A stretch of DNA of 64,000 nucleotides, from assembly GCA_977018835.1 (NCBI GenBank), contig OZ361260.1, positions 1,612,001 through 1,676,000 on the forward strand. Direction: 5' to 3'. Positions 9,432 through 18,662 of this stretch are shown here, piece after piece. Made by a program: the position numbers and the translations under genes. This stretch comes from Minutocellus sp. GHC0000111 (taxonomy: Eukaryota). Within the stretch, counting starts at the first letter, position 1. The number at the start of each line of letters is the position of its first letter. The notes beneath the pieces are model-generated. The model had not been told where the DNA came from, did not search any database, and saw only the letters and a program-made list of their open reading frames with translations.

Positions 9432-12400
9432 TTACAAATTCAGTGAGCTGGAAACGAACCCATTGAAATCGAGACGCGAGAGCAGATTAGCGCAGTCACT
9501 GGTATCGCGCAGCTGTGTCATAAAATCGGTTAGATTGTTGTTGAAGACTTGAGAGAAGCGCGAAATCATTCTCTTGTAGGACTCCGTGTTGAGCTCTCGT
9601 TCCAATAGATCAGTATGTGCCTCCCATCGAGCCTTCCTTGCAGCGGCTTCGGCCTTGGCTGTTTTACGCAGACGACTGCGCTTGCTCACGATGGTGATGT
9701 TCTGCTGCCTCTTGTGACGTTCCTCCTTGGCTATTCTATCCCTTTCTTCGTTGATTTGCGTCGTTTCGACAAATAGATTCATTTGATCGGAAAACAGCAG
9801 GCAGGTCGTCATAAGTTTGGTAAGCGTGCGTATCAGATCACCATTCGTCAGTAGGCAGTCCTTGAGAGTACGGCGAAGGAATTCATTGTGCATGGAGAGG
9901 ATGTCATCGACGGTTTGGTCGTTGTTGCCTTCATCGTCCGCGGTCGAAAAACCGAAACCACTGTTGCCACTCTTCTTCTTTCCCGAAGAGATGGAATTCT
10001 CCATCATTTGCCAGTTGGGCTCAATCACTTCAAACATCATGTAATAGACTAGGTTCTGAATGAAATGAAGCATCCTCTGGCGCAACCCAAAGGTAGGGCA
10101 AAGTGATATGCGTAAAGACTGGAATTCCTTCATAGACTGATGATCGAGCCAGGTACCGACCAAGCGTCTCTCGACGTGCTTTACGAAGAAGAGATGGCGA
10201 AAGAGGAGCTGGTAGCTGGACACTGCCCTATGAGAAAGGATGAGTGAGACTGGGAATGGTACGTATTGAAAGTCTAGCGTAAGAGCCTCGATGCCAGTCA
10301 AACCTCTGTTCATTGCTCCATATAGATGGCGAGAAGGTGTTCGAGCCTCTTGAGTCCTTATGCCACCGCTGGTTGCATAGAGATCATCAAGACGATCGAC
10401 GAGACTTTCCGTCGCAAAGCTTGCTTGCAGGGACGATGCCATGTATCGTTCCATCGAGAAGGTTTCGCCAGTAAGATTTGACGCTCTGATGGCACCGCCA
10501 CCGCTTGGTTGGACACTCATGCTGAGCCAATTCTGCACGCGACCTCGAGAGACTTCAGTCATTTCCTTCAAAAGCTCGGTTTCGGCCATGTCGAGAAAGT
10601 GGACAAAGAAGTCCCCCTGATCGAGCAAGAAGTATCGTTTCATAACACGGAGCGAGTTGATGAGCTGATATTCGCCTAGAACCACTTGTCGGAGCCGCAT
10701 CGCAGCGTCCCTGTAGGATCGATCGATATATGCTGACAGCTCAATGGAACTCATTGTAAATTTCCACTCTGAAGCGTCGATCTGCATACCACTGTCCTCG
10801 CCATTCTTCGTTTCATCCGATTCGCGACCTTGAGAACCCTGGCAAAACTGAATAGCGTTCCAATACTTTCCCGTTGTGAGGATCTTATCCACAGCAATCT
10901 CGCGCTCGCGCCCCGTAAGCGAGAGGGAACAAAGGATGTGCTCGTCACGAACAATGTACCAGTGGAGCCAGTTATCACCGGAAGTGCTAATGCCGTGACT
11001 ATCTTCATCAGGCGAATGCTCGATCATGAATTCACCATAGGGGTCAGAGAGGGTGCCACTGTCCAGCCATCCTCGGAGCATGGAAAGGTATGGGACTGAT
11101 GCTGCATCTAAGAGGTATGTGAGGACGTCTTGCGCCTTGGAATCGCCCAAGAACTCGGCTTCCATCAAAGCAGATACAGCATTTAACAGCGCCCCTCCCT
11201 TCAGGCACTCTGCGACCTCGGCAACGCGGCGAAGCGCTTCCATCGTCCTCATCGAGGGATGCACAAGAACAAGTAGCTTACTGAGCGTAAGGCCTGTTGG
11301 CCTCATATACAGAGCCTCCAAATGTGTCGCAAAGGCGAGATATTCCTGGATCAGAACATCCATAGACTCGGCGAGAGCATGGGCGACCGAACCAAATTCA
11401 TAACGACACAGTCTTGTTTGTAGGAACGAGTTGACGAACACGAAATCAGACGATAGCGGCAGAATTCGATTCATCATGTGGCGAAGACTTGCATCGATAG
11501 TTCCTCCGACAATTGAGTACGATGCCAGGCTAAACTGAAAAGACTGCATCTCACTTTCACCCTCTTCCTTTTGTTCGTCATGCTGTGTGCCAGATGACGA
11601 ACTCTTGCCCTTGACATAACGTCCCTCCAAGCCCATCAGTGATGCAAGTAATTCATCAAGTAGAATTTGCTCCTGAACCTGAACGGGTTGCTTAGCCAAC
11701 GAATCCCCGGGCTGTTTCTCGGGAGGATTGGCGCTATTGGTGGCAAACACAGATTGGACCGCCCCACCGGGTAGATCGTCGTCGCGTCCTGGATGGAGAA
11801 GGTAGGTCCCATCCAGAAAAGGACGTCCACCAATGACTGCATCCTGCGCCTCGATTCCAGACTGGGAGCTGTCTGTCAACCACGCCGGACAGGATGGTGC
11901 TGATGCTTGAATGATGCGAAATGTTTCCGACGGAGTTGGTCGGACATAATCATGATGCTGGAGGAAATCCAGCAACGTACGATCCTCACTGGTGGAGCCA
12001 CCCCCTCCGGCCGTAGTTTGATAGGAAGATGTCACAAGAGTCAACCTCGCTTTGCCGCCAATGGCAAATCCAGTTGAGGCAAGTGCTACATCATGACCTC
12101 CTAGAGAAAGCAGACCACCCGTTTGCACATTGCGCAAGACAATTGGATCACCCGATCGGACGGGACGGCGTCTCGGTAAAGTATCTCCCTTGGCAGTTGA
12201 TGCGGCGCCGGTAGCAGAAGAAAGGGCAACATCAGGCCCGACCTCTACGTACGATCCATCGCCGCGGGATGGCAGGATCTCCCATCGTTCGGCCTGACCC
12301 CTGACGGTCCGGTAGAAGCCGATCTGGCCACCAACATCAATATCCCTTCCACCATCGTTGTCATCGTCAGAAATCGGCTGCTTGGCCTTGCGCACCCCCA

Positions 12401-13610
12401 ACGATCTGTTCCGTGCATACGACGATTGGAGTGAGATTAAATCCCCATACCGGACAACGCCGGCGTCATCTGCGGATGAGGCCACATCGTGCGCACGTCG
12501 GAGGGTGAGTATCTGCTCCCCCGCTCCCCTGCCGCTACCGTCCACAACGACCGCGCCTGTGCAGTACCGACTCTGGGTTTGTTGGGCGGCACTGGTGTTG
12601 CTGTTGCTCTTGTTGGCGTTGGCAACCCCATCCACGGCCGATACAGAGGCCACCCCGATGGCATCGTTCATGATGCGCACAACGACGGACGAATCGTAAG
12701 TAAGGCAGGTGGCGTCCAATCGATCGGGTTCGGTCGGTCGGAGGATTCCAAAGTCAGATTGCTTCATTACATGTATTGCTGCCTTTGCATCGTCCGCACC
12801 AAGCACCTCAGTACCACCGGCCATGCGAGCACTACCTCCTTTGCTACCCCTGCCATTATTATCATCTTCGTCACCATCCATCTTGTCTCCGCAATCGGAC
12901 CAGTCCGACCAATCCCTGGAATCGTCATTGTCATCGGCATCCTCGTCATCACCAACACCGGAGTTTGAATTGCTCGTCCTGCGGTTACTTGTTCTTGTAC
13001 TCCCGGGCCTGCCACTTGTTTGGCCCAGCCCGTCAAAGTCCACCCGCCGGATACGGTACGTGTCATCTCCACCACCGCTTTCGTCGCCATTTGAGTTATT
13101 CATATTTTCACAAACACCGTTGGGATCGGTAAGGTCGGCATTGAGCGACGAGAGGAGATTCTTGACGGTTGACATGGGAGACGATGATGAGGAGGAGGAG
13201 GATGCGACACCAGCAGATGACGCCGGGGTGCTACGGACCGCCGAACCGATGCCGGTGCCGCCGCCAGAGCTGCCTCTTGCCGCAGAAGATGGCCGCGCCG
13301 CCAAGGAGGAACCGACGAGATCGGGCCGGGGAGGTGCCAGTCCAGCACGTGCGTGCTTGGCCCTTTGCATTTGTCCGGCATTCGCCGATGGGGCCGATGC
13401 CGCGGCTCCGCCTGTGGAGGCCGCCTCCCTGCGGCGTCTCCGAGCGGCCAGGGCCTCTTGGGCCGACTGCTTCCGCGCCGCGGAGGTGGAAGAGGTGGTA
13501 CTAGTATCCGACGCCACCATCGTTGGCCAAAAACAAGAAAATGAGAGCGCCAAAGAGTTTTTGTAGGGGAAATAAAAAGGGATCGCCCCCGGATCTGACG
13601 ATGACGCCAT
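9432..13610 (-). CDS. TUBGCP2: Gamma-tubulin complex component 2 (Spc97 family) with long N-terminal extension
   Basis: LMGLEGRY, DPYGEFMI, KILTTGKY, KRYFLLDQGDFFVHFLD, YQLLFRHLF, LRQRMLHFIQNL..YMMFEVIEPNW, RLDFNGF. Start may be 13520. Confidence 0.92.
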   Translation of the reverse strand: MASSSDPGAIPFYFPYKNSLALSFSCFWPTMVASDTSTTSSTSAARKQSAQEALAARRRRREAASTGGAAASAPSANAGQMQRAKHARAGLAPPRPDLVGSSLAARPSSAARGSSGGGTGIGSAVRSTPASSAGVASSSSSSSSPMSTVKNLLSSLNADLTDPNGVCENMNNSNGDESGGGDDTYRIRRVDFDGLGQTSGRPGSTRTSNRRTSNSNSGVGDDEDADDNDDSRDWSDWSDCGDKMDGDEDDNNGRGSKGGSARMAGGTEVLGADDAKAAIHVMKQSDFGILRPTEPDRLDATCLTYDSSVVVRIMNDAIGVASVSAVDGVANANKSNSNTSAAQQTQSRYCTGAVVVDGSGRGAGEQILTLRRAHDVASSADDAGVVRYGDLISLQSSYARNRSLGVRKAKQPISDDDNDGGRDIDVGGQIGFYRTVRGQAERWEILPSRGDGSYVEVGPDVALSSATGAASTAKGDTLPRRRPVRSGDPIVLRNVQTGGLLSLGGHDVALASTGFAIGGKARLTLVTSSYQTTAGGGGSTSEDRTLLDFLQHHDYVRPTPSETFRIIQASAPSCPAWLTDSSQSGIEAQDAVIGGRPFLDGTYLLHPGRDDDLPGGAVQSVFATNSANPPEKQPGDSLAKQPVQVQEQILLDELLASLMGLEGRYVKGKSSSSGTQHDEQKEEGESEMQSFQFSLASYSIVGGTIDASLRHMMNRILPLSSDFVFVNSFLQTRLCRYEFGSVAHALAESMDVLIQEYLAFATHLEALYMRPTGLTLSKLLVLVHPSMRTMEALRRVAEVAECLKGGALLNAVSALMEAEFLGDSKAQDVLTYLLDAASVPYLSMLRGWLDSGTLSDPYGEFMIEHSPDEDSHGISTSGDNWLHWYIVRDEHILCSLSLTGREREIAVDKILTTGKYWNAIQFCQGSQGRESDETKNGEDSGMQIDASEWKFTMSSIELSAYIDRSYRDAAMRLRQVVLGEYQLINSLRVMKRYFLLDQGDFFVHFLDMAETELLKEMTEVSRGRVQNWLSMSVQPSGGGAIRASNLTGETFSMERYMASSLQASFATESLVDRLDDLYATSGGIRTQEARTPSRHLYGAMNRGLTGIEALTLDFQYVPFPVSLILSHRAVSSYQLLFRHLFFVKHVERRLVGTWLDHQSMKEFQSLRISLCPTFGLRQRMLHFIQNLVYYMMFEVIEPNWQMMENSISSGKKKSGNSGFGFSTADDEGNNDQTVDDILSMHNEFLRRTLKDCLLTNGDLIRTLTKLMTTCLLFSDQMNLFVETTQINEERDRIAKEERHKRQQNITIVSKRSRLRKTAKAEAAARKARWEAHTDLLERELNTESYKRMISRFSQVFNNNLTDFMTQLRDTSDCANLLSRLDFNGFVSSSLNL

Positions 13611-13750
13611 TTTCTTCGGAATGAGCAGCTGTAGCTGTACGAGCTCTCGGCCGATCTTCCGTACAGAGTCCCCGAAAGCATACTCTACTACGTAGCCACT
13701 CTAGAGACTATCACGTTGGATAGGATTTCCCAGGCAGCACGATAAACAAC

Positions 13751-14737
13751 ATGAGTGCCGCCGAATCTTCATCCTCTGCATCGGCATCACCAGCCGCCAA
13801 TACCGCCACAACAAGCACCGACACGCGATTCCGCGGCAAGACCATCGTCATCACAGGCGCGGGGGGCACCTTTGGCCGTGCCGGTTGTCTCTACTTCGCC
13901 CATCGCGGGGCCAAGGTGGCCGCCTTGGACAACAACTTTGACGCTCTGACCGAGACAGTGAAGCTGGTCCGAAAGGAATGCCAGGCGTCAGCTGAACCCT
14001 ACGTCAACAAGCACATCAACGGATTCGAATGCGACGTGACCAGCACGGAGAGTGTCGATGCCGCCATTAGGGATGTGGTGGAGGCATTCGGTTCGATCGA
14101 TTTGCTGTGGAACAATGCCGGATATCAGGGCCAGATCAAGCCGACGCTGGAGTACAGCGTGGCTGACTTTGCTACTGTGTTATCGATCAATGTGACGGGC
14201 ATGTTTGCCGTAATGCAAGCCGTGGCCAAGGTGATGGCCAGATCGTTTGAAGAGTCCAAGAACAACAAGAACACAACAAAGGCGGAGGGAGAGGGCGGCG
14301 ATGGCGATGATTCTGCAGCATCTGCATCTTCCCATCCCTATGCAATCGTCAATACGGCATCAGTAGCCGGAATGAGAGGGACACCGGCCATGGTGGCATA
14401 CAGCTCGTCCAAGGCAGCAGTTCTGGCCATGACAGTCTCCTCCGCCAAGGACCTAGCACCGCATGGTATTCGGGTCAATGCCGTTTCTCCGGCCCTTGTC
14501 GGTCCTGGGTACATGTGGACTCGACAGAACGAGCTGCATGCCAGCTCAGGATCCCCCTACTTTGCAACCGATCCGGAGGAAGTGGCCAAGGCCAAGGTTG
14601 GCGGCGTACCGATGAAAAGGCTGGGTACGACGGACGAGGTGATCAAGGCAGTAGCATTCTTGCTGAGTGACGATTCATCGTACACCACTGCCTTTAATCT
14701 TGTCGTCGATGGTGGCATGAGCGGTGGCTTGCGGTAG
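13751..14737 (+). CDS. Short-chain dehydrogenase/reductase, polyol (xylitol) dehydrogenase-like
   Basis: TGAGGTFG, NNAGYQG, NTAS, YSSSK, IRVNAVSP, GPGYMWTRQ. Confidence 0.9.
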   Translation: MSAAESSSSASASPAANTATTSTDTRFRGKTIVITGAGGTFGRAGCLYFAHRGAKVAALDNNFDALTETVKLVRKECQASAEPYVNKHINGFECDVTSTESVDAAIRDVVEAFGSIDLLWNNAGYQGQIKPTLEYSVADFATVLSINVTGMFAVMQAVAKVMARSFEESKNNKNTTKAEGEGGDGDDSAASASSHPYAIVNTASVAGMRGTPAMVAYSSSKAAVLAMTVSSAKDLAPHGIRVNAVSPALVGPGYMWTRQNELHASSGSPYFATDPEEVAKAKVGGVPMKRLGTTDEVIKAVAFLLSDDSSYTTAFNLVVDGGMSGGLR

Positions 14738-14911
14738 ATTTGTGCTACAGAAAGTGGAAAATTGAAGACGGTAGACTCAATATACGTGTGCCGAGAAAGA
14801 ATGTCTACATGTAGCTTGCAAAGCTAGCTAGCTAGATAGCTAGCTACGTAGTACATTGTAGAGAAGAAAAGAGATAATATTATCAATTAAAATTCTACTT
14901 GTAGATAGAGT

Positions 14912-15703
14912 CTAAACCAAGGCGGATGCGAGGAAGAAGGCATGGGCCACGGCACCACAGAGAGCAATGAGATTTGTGAGACTGCTCATGCCGTGGAATT
15001 TGCCGAAAGAGGCGGCCAACTTCTTGTATTCGTCGGTGTCCTTTCCTCCCTCCTTCTCCTCCAATTCGTACCTATCAAACATCACCTTCGTCGAGGTCGG
15101 TTCCAGATAGAACAGATTGATCAGAGTCATTCCAAAGGCAATTCCCAGTGCCTTTGTGGCCTTGACCAACGGAACACTGTCCGACAGGCCCTTGACGGTA
15201 ATGAGTTGCAAAAGGATGGCAACAGCCGAGAGCATGAAATATTTGGGAAAGAGCTTGGACTGCAGTCGACCAAACGTCTTTAGGGGCAGATTCTTAAACA
15301 TGGTTATGCCCGCAATGAAGGTCGTGTAGAATACGGTGCCAAACCACGTCCCGAACGACAGCAAGTGGATGGTGGCGGCTGTCTTGCCGGGGAGCGATGC
15401 GAGAGGAGATCCCGAAACATATCCAGCCGCACCCAACGCAGACAGGATCGCAGCCGAGCGAAAGAGCTTGGTATTCCAAACCCGGGCCTTGGTCCACTCC
15501 CCTTCCTCGGAGGATGCCTCGGCGGCCAGCAGGGCGGTGGCAGAGCTGGAGCTCGTCATCGTCACCGCGGAGGATGACGAGTACAAGGGAGAGCGGCTTG
15601 CTGAGGACAGGGGCCGGTTAGCCACTGCCGGACGGAACTGGAAGCCATCAGTGGTACTGGCAGCGGCAAATGCAGCGAAGAGAAGGGCAGTGATGAGTTT
15701 CAT
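14912..15703 (-). CDS. TMEM205/DUF4149-like membrane protein, probably plastid-targeted
   Basis: WFGT..YTTFIAGITMFKNLP..FGRLQSKLFPKYF, FGKFHGMSSLTNL; signal peptide ending TDG-F followed by a Ser-rich transit-like region. Confidence 0.85.
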   Translation of the reverse strand: MKLITALLFAAFAAASTTDGFQFRPAVANRPLSSASRSPLYSSSSAVTMTSSSSATALLAAEASSEEGEWTKARVWNTKLFRSAAILSALGAAGYVSGSPLASLPGKTAATIHLLSFGTWFGTVFYTTFIAGITMFKNLPLKTFGRLQSKLFPKYFMLSAVAILLQLITVKGLSDSVPLVKATKALGIAFGMTLINLFYLEPTSTKVMFDRYELEEKEGGKDTDEYKKLAASFGKFHGMSSLTNLIALCGAVAHAFFLASALV

Positions 15704-16068
15704 GGTCCTGAGTGACGAAGTCAAGTCAATGGTACCTATGTACGTGAGGCTGACAGATAGATGGCGTATCTTTGCGATTGCGTCACCGATGCGACAGAAG
15801 TACGTAGGCCTACAAGATTAGTCCCGTCGGCCGGCGAGGTAAGTCGGTCGGCGAAATAAATCAACTCGAAGGCGCCAGACCCGCATCGCGCATCGCGCAG
15901 GTCGCCGCAGGTCGGCATCAGCAGAGCAGTGTGCGGCCATCGCTGAAGTCAGTCAGGAAGTAGTACCTAGGTACGAGTACTACTATTGCCCTCGCACCTT
16001 GAAACCGCATCTCTACACTATTACTGCCTTCTCTCAAAGAAAGAAGCAGCCGCCCAAATCAATCTGTG

Positions 16069-17308
16069 ATGACATCATCTTTGGCCTCTTGCGTTAGTGC
16101 AGCAGTTCACGCGCCAAGATCTGTACAGAACTTCAAGAATTCGAGGAGACCAAACAAGGATGTCAATGGAGGAGTAGACACGACCAAATCCTCAAGGAGA
16201 CGCTTTGGCAAGCTGAGGCAACGAGGCAAGCTGTGCGCTATACACGATGCGTCTGTTGCTACCGAGGAACTGGAAAGGACCTCTCGCAATGCTGGGCCAC
16301 GTTCCGTTCACTTTCCAGACTCTCACACGTCTGCCAGCGCCGGCTACGACGCCCCTTGGATTTCACATCGAGCCGACGAGGTTCCAGTAAGTCCACAGCA
16401 GTCAAACATCGTGCACTGCATTGCATCTAAATCTTGTGATGGACTTCATTTTCATGCGAAACGGATCGCCTTCAGCACAATTCAACGCATTGTCGAATTA
16501 CTCATTTATCTTGCTTCTTCCTCCTCTCTTGTCTTGATCTACAATGAATCTCACCATACCTTCACAACTTCTTCGAAACGTCAAATCAAAGCTCGCATAT
16601 AAAAAGGGCGCGGCAACTACTACTGCGGCATTGCTCGAGAAGCAGGTTTCTTTTCAGCCTCGCAAATCACGTCGTATTTCTCCGAAAAATGCCGTTGTCG
16701 GTGATAACTCGACGTGGATGGAACTTTTAGTTGTCAGCCGTAAGAAGGGGAGCAATAGAAGCAGGTCCTTGTTCTTTAATATTCAGAACCGGCATGCGTA
16801 TTGGGACGAACCACCTACTGGTGCCAGCGAAGTTGTATACCTCGGCGACCTGGAGAAACTAAATGCTCTAATGGCTTCAGTGGAGAGAAAGCAGCAGATT
16901 TATCGTGAATCCTGCCAATCTGTCGCGGCTGCTGCAGCCAGGGCGGCTCCAAATGGTTTGAGCATCGGTGGCGGCGATCACAGCAGCGTCGGAAGCATTG
17001 GCATCGATTCTACTACTAGTGCTAGTACGCAAAGCACGTCGCTGGCCAGTGCATCCAGCGTTTCCTGGCTCAGCAGTCATGTTTACGATACTGTCGATGT
17101 CAATACCACCACAACCATTGTTCAAACGAGAATGATGTTGTTACTTTTTGCAATCAACGTGTCCCTTGTTGCATTTCTGTATTCTTTTGATGCTATGGCG
17201 ATATCAGTATTGCATGGAGGGAAGAGCGGAGGTGGCAAATGCTTAGTGCATGCATTGTTATTTCAAGGAATGTTGCTTGTGTGGCACCTCTGGTCCTCTT
17301 CGAAATGA
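16069..17308 (+). CDS. Hypothetical protein, two exons (intron about 16387-16591), WW-like motif and C-terminal TM helices
   Basis: A GTAAGT donor and AAAG acceptor join two ORFs in frame; RSLFFNIQNRHAYWDEPPTGAS. Confidence 0.5.
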
Positions 17309-17628
17309 AAGTCCTGCTCAATATTCAAGGTAACGCGAATGGATCCTGGACCAAGGGTTTTGGTGCTAGCTACGTATAATAGCTGCCATGATCCCGGCCA
17401 ACATATTCAACCAAATAAATACTTACATATACAGTATTTTACAGAGATATCGAGCAATTGTTGTCTGCTTACATCCTAGGTGCTGGTTCGTATTGTGAGA
17501 TTCGATGGATTGATGTCTTTCTTGGTCATTTTTTTTTTATTTTTTCCTCTTGTACGGCCGTAGCTCTTCTCTTCGGCTACTTACGATCCTAACGATACCA
17601 AGTCCTAGCTAGCTAGTAGCTAGAATCG

Positions 17629-18621
17629 ATGAATACAATCCAAGAGGCAACTTCTGCAAAGGTCATTGCATCTTTTGATGCTGCCATAGACCGATTGCGA
17701 GAATCGTCTACAAGACTCCCACTCTCTGACTCGCTCAAAGAAGCCTATAATTGCATCACGAGCTATCACGACGAAGCAGATGGCAAACACATCAATATCA
17801 ATCAAAGCGAAGTAGATGGACTCATCTCCCTCCTCCAAAAGCACAAGGACTCGTTGGCAGAGAGCCTTGCCACTACCGTTGAAGAAGATGCAGCGTATGA
17901 TAAGGCACTGAGGAGATATCAAGAATTATACGAGGATGCCGTCAAGGAGCAAAAGGAGCTCCAACAACGCCTGTCCATTCAGCGAACCCGCCACGGCCGA
18001 GTGTCTACTACATTGGAAGGAAATCTATCGACCCTGCGAAACGAGTATGATACTGCCGTCCATCACCATACAGAGAGAGAAAAGGCTATTGATCAATCAC
18101 ACCATGAAGAAATCCGATCTATCCAATCTGAGCACCGACAGCAGATGGATGCCCTCTCAACGCAGAAAGCTGCCCTTGAGATACAATTGAACCAGACAAT
18201 AATTCAGTACAAAGACGAGGAAGATGGATTGGTCGCCAAAAGACTAGAGCTACAGGATGTAATCGATTCCGGGTCAACATCCCATACTGAAAAAATGAAG
18301 AAAATTCAAAGTCAGGCTGATGATTGTGAGCGCCGAATGGACGCCGAGACCAAGGAACGAGAGTGGTTGCAGAATCATTTTGATCTGATTGATGAAAATG
18401 AACTGATTAGGCTTGAGGAGGAGGCAACATTGCGACGAGTAGTTGAGCTAGAGGAGGAAGCAGACCGAATTCTCAATCATGGAGCGACACAATTGCAAAA
18501 TCTATACAGAGGAATGAGGGATCGTGCGGTCGTTGCAAAGTTGAAGAGCAAAAAGAGCAAGGGCCGGAAAGGTACCAATAAAGGAGGGGCAAAAAAGAAG
18601 AAGAAAGGTGGAAAGAAGTAA
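17629..18621 (+). CDS. IQCD: Dynein regulatory complex subunit 10 (IQCD)-like coiled-coil IQ protein
   Basis: N-terminal KVIASFDAAIDRL, long coiled coil, IQ-like LQNLYRGMRDR, Lys/Gly tail. Confidence 0.68.
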   Translation: MNTIQEATSAKVIASFDAAIDRLRESSTRLPLSDSLKEAYNCITSYHDEADGKHININQSEVDGLISLLQKHKDSLAESLATTVEEDAAYDKALRRYQELYEDAVKEQKELQQRLSIQRTRHGRVSTTLEGNLSTLRNEYDTAVHHHTEREKAIDQSHHEEIRSIQSEHRQQMDALSTQKAALEIQLNQTIIQYKDEEDGLVAKRLELQDVIDSGSTSHTEKMKKIQSQADDCERRMDAETKEREWLQNHFDLIDENELIRLEEEATLRRVVELEEEADRILNHGATQLQNLYRGMRDRAVVAKLKSKKSKGRKGTNKGGAKKKKKGGKK

Positions 18622-18662
18622 ATTGAGTAGTCGTATTCTTATTCGATCTTGCTACTAGCTGA

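Noticed and set aside
12709..13566. 285-aa plus-strand ORF
   Set aside because: Antisense of the GC-rich low-complexity GCP2 N-terminus.
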